Source: Octopus bimaculoides
Lineage: Eukaryota
NCBI RefSeq assembly: GCF_001194135.2
Contig: NC_068986.1
Coordinates: 12,629,952 to 12,665,268 of the forward strand
Length of the DNA stretch: 35,317 bases
Direction: 5' to 3'
The notes under the pieces are model-generated. The model was not told the origin of the DNA and searched no databases. It saw only the letters and a program-made list of their open reading frames with translations. Below are positions 33,166 to 35,317 of this stretch, piece by piece (positions within the stretch are counted from its first letter, which is position 1; every line of letters begins with the position of its first letter). The position numbers and the translations under genes were made by a program.

Positions 33166-33900
33166 NNNNNNNNNNNNNNNNNNNNNNNNNNNNNNNNNNN
33201 NNNNNNNNNNNNNNNNNNNNNNNNNNNNNNNNNNNNNNNNNNNNNNNNNNNNNNNNNNNNNNNNNNNNNNNNNNNNNNNNNNNNNNNNNNNNNNNNNNNN
33301 NNNNNNNNNNNNNNNNNNNNNNNNNNNNNNNNNNNNNNNNNNNNNNNNNNNNNNNNNNNNNNNNNNNNNNNNNNNNNNNNNNNNNNNNNNNNNNNNNNNN
33401 NNNNNNNNNNNNNNNNNNNNNNNNNNNNNNNNNNNNNNNNNNNNNNNNNNNNNNNNNNNNNNNNNNNNNNNNNNNNNNNNNNNNNNNNNNNNNNNNNNNN
33501 NNNNNNNNNNNNNNNNNNNNNNNNNNNNNNNNNNNNNNNNNNNNNNNNNNNNNNNNNNNNNNNNNNNNNNNNNNNNNNNNNNNNNNNNNNNNNNNNNNNN
33601 NNNNNNNNNNNNNNNNNNNNNNNNNNNNNNNNNNNNNNNNNNNNNNNNNNNNNNNNNNNNNNNNNNNNNNNNNNNNNNNNNNNNNNNNNNNNNNNNNNNN
33701 NNNNNNNNNNNNNNNNNNNNNNNNNNNNNNNNNNNNNNNNNNNNNNNNNNNNNNNNNNNNNNNNNNNNNNNNNNNNNNNNNNNNNNNNNNNNNNNNNNNN
33801 NNNNNNNNNNNNNNNNNNNNNNNNNNNNNNNNNNNNNNNNNNNNNNNNNNNNNNNNNNNNNNNNNNNNNNNNNNNNNNNNNNNNNNNNNTATATATATAT

Positions 33901-34064
33901 ACAACGGGCTTCTTTCAGTTTTCGTGTACCAGATCCACTCACAAGGCTTTGGCCGGCTCGAGGCTATAGTAGAAGACACCTGCCCAAGGCGCCACGCAGT
34001 GGAACTGAACCCGGAACCATGTGGTTGGTAAGGAAGCTACCTACCACACAGCCACTCCTGCGCC
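33901..34064 (-). mobile_element. SINE family A head, well preserved
   Basis: The reverse complement is ggcgcaggagtggctgtgtggtaggtagcttccttaccaaccacatggttccgggttcagttccactgcgtggc..., with A-box and B-box motifs. Confidence 0.92.
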
Positions 34065-34081
34065 TAAACATTATTATTTAA

Positions 34082-34276
34082 AGGTTAGAAATCGGCAGGG
34101 CATCGTGGTATTTCTTCCAGCTCTTAGTGTTCAGAGTTCAAAGTCTACAATGGTCGACTTTGTCTTACATCTTCTTGGATAATTAAAACGAAGTACCAGT
34201 GAAGTACAGGGCTCAATAATATAAACGTAACCTCTTAACCCTCAAAATTAATGGCCTTGGGCTAAAATTTGAAACA
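34082..34276 (+). mobile_element. SINE family B
   Basis: cagagttcaaagtc...gtcgactttgtc.tacatc...gtaccagtgaagtac...ggccttgggctaaaatttgaaac. Confidence 0.75.
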
Positions 34277-34346
34277 ATCACTTCAAATAGCAATAAAAAT
34301 GGTCACATAATATTATTTCATTTAGTCATAAGCTCAGGATGAACAA

Positions 34347-34742
34347 AGGCGTGGCTGTGTGGTAGCAACTTTGCTTCCCAAGCACATGGTTCCGTGTTCA
34401 GTCTAATTTCGTGGAACCTTGGGCAAGTGGCTTCTACTACTTCCTTGGGGTAACTAAAGAGCAGATCTGGTTGGCAGAAACTGAAAGGAGTCCGTCTATA
34501 TGTGTGTCTTTGTGTGTGTGTATGTGTGTATGTGTATGTTTATGCCTTTATGATTGTATTTATGTCCCACCACCGCTTGACAACCGGCGTTGATGTGTTT
34601 ACGTTCCAGTAATGTAGAGGTTCGGTAAAAGAAACCGATAGAATAGCTACCGGGTTTAAAATATATAAGTACTGTTGGAGTGGGCGGGGGTCGATTCCAC
34701 GCGTACTCCAGAATGGCTGTACTCTAACGACTGAAACAAGTG
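34347..34742 (+). mobile_element. SINE family A (head, TG/TA run, tail)
   Basis: ggcgtggctgtgtggtag...ccttgggcaagtg...gaaactgaaagg, an internal TG run, then accgcttgacaaccg...gatagaatag...gactgaaacaag. Confidence 0.85.
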
Positions 34743-35317
34743 AGAGATTATAGACAGAAGAAACAAAGAGACTCAAACACAGTTTTCTTAATTAGACAAC
34801 ATAATTAACTATGCACTAATTAACAAATTTAACGATGCAGATCGTTTTGAACGAAAGTCACAGAAAGAGCCAAAAGTTCAGCATTTTTGAAGGAGGGTAT
34901 AGCTGGGGACTACGGAGCTCTCTGTGCAGCCTCGTTTTCAATATGGCTCTCCAATAATGTACTTACTCGCTCAGCGAACCTTTTACGAGATAAAGTACAC
35001 TATAAAGATGGAAGTTTATTATTTTATAATTTTTTTCTAATTACATATACGTTTGTATTGGGGCAAATATAGATCTGCAATTAGCTGAACTAATTAGAAA
35101 CCAATACTTTAGAATATATTAATTCGATGAATAATTAATTCATTCATATATCATTGAGTTAAGTGTCCTCAAAGAACACACACACTCATGCGCGTGCACA
35201 CACACATACACGTACAAATATGTGTGTATTCGGTTATGGTTATGTCTGTATATTTTTGTGTATGCGTGTATATCTGCGGTTGGGAGGAAAGTCGTAGTAC
35301 GCAACAATATATATATA

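Noticed and set aside
177-34081. Long ORFs in the supplied track (up to 431 aa)
   Set aside because: They consist of microsatellite translations (YI, CV, HT, LS, poly-L/S/V) and N-gaps read as X, with no real coding signal.
2800-34985. Other isolated minus-strand donor-like motifs (about 2818, 24540, 34965)
   Set aside because: Their upstream sequence is AT-rich or lacks an open coding-like frame, and such motifs are frequent by chance.

Overview
Repeat-dense animal genomic DNA with about 15% N in roughly 23 gaps, most of them next to microsatellites. The repeat families look like those of octopod cephalopods; this is recalled, not database-confirmed. There is no convincing intact protein-coding gene, and essentially all long ORFs in the track are microsatellite or N-gap artefacts. 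The window holds many di-, tri- and tetranucleotide microsatellites, many fragments of two tRNA-headed SINE families (called A and B here) and a Tigger/pogo-type MITE. It also holds decayed 3' ends of three non-LTR retrotransposon types: Tx1/L1-like (two copies), R4/Dong-like with a restriction-like endonuclease, and a C2H2-finger-ending type that is probably RTE-like. Three minimal hammerhead-ribozyme folds of the Penelope-associated type are present. Smaller items are a 94-bp insertion with a twin 814 bp away, a 23-bp minisatellite and one weak minus-strand exon candidate.
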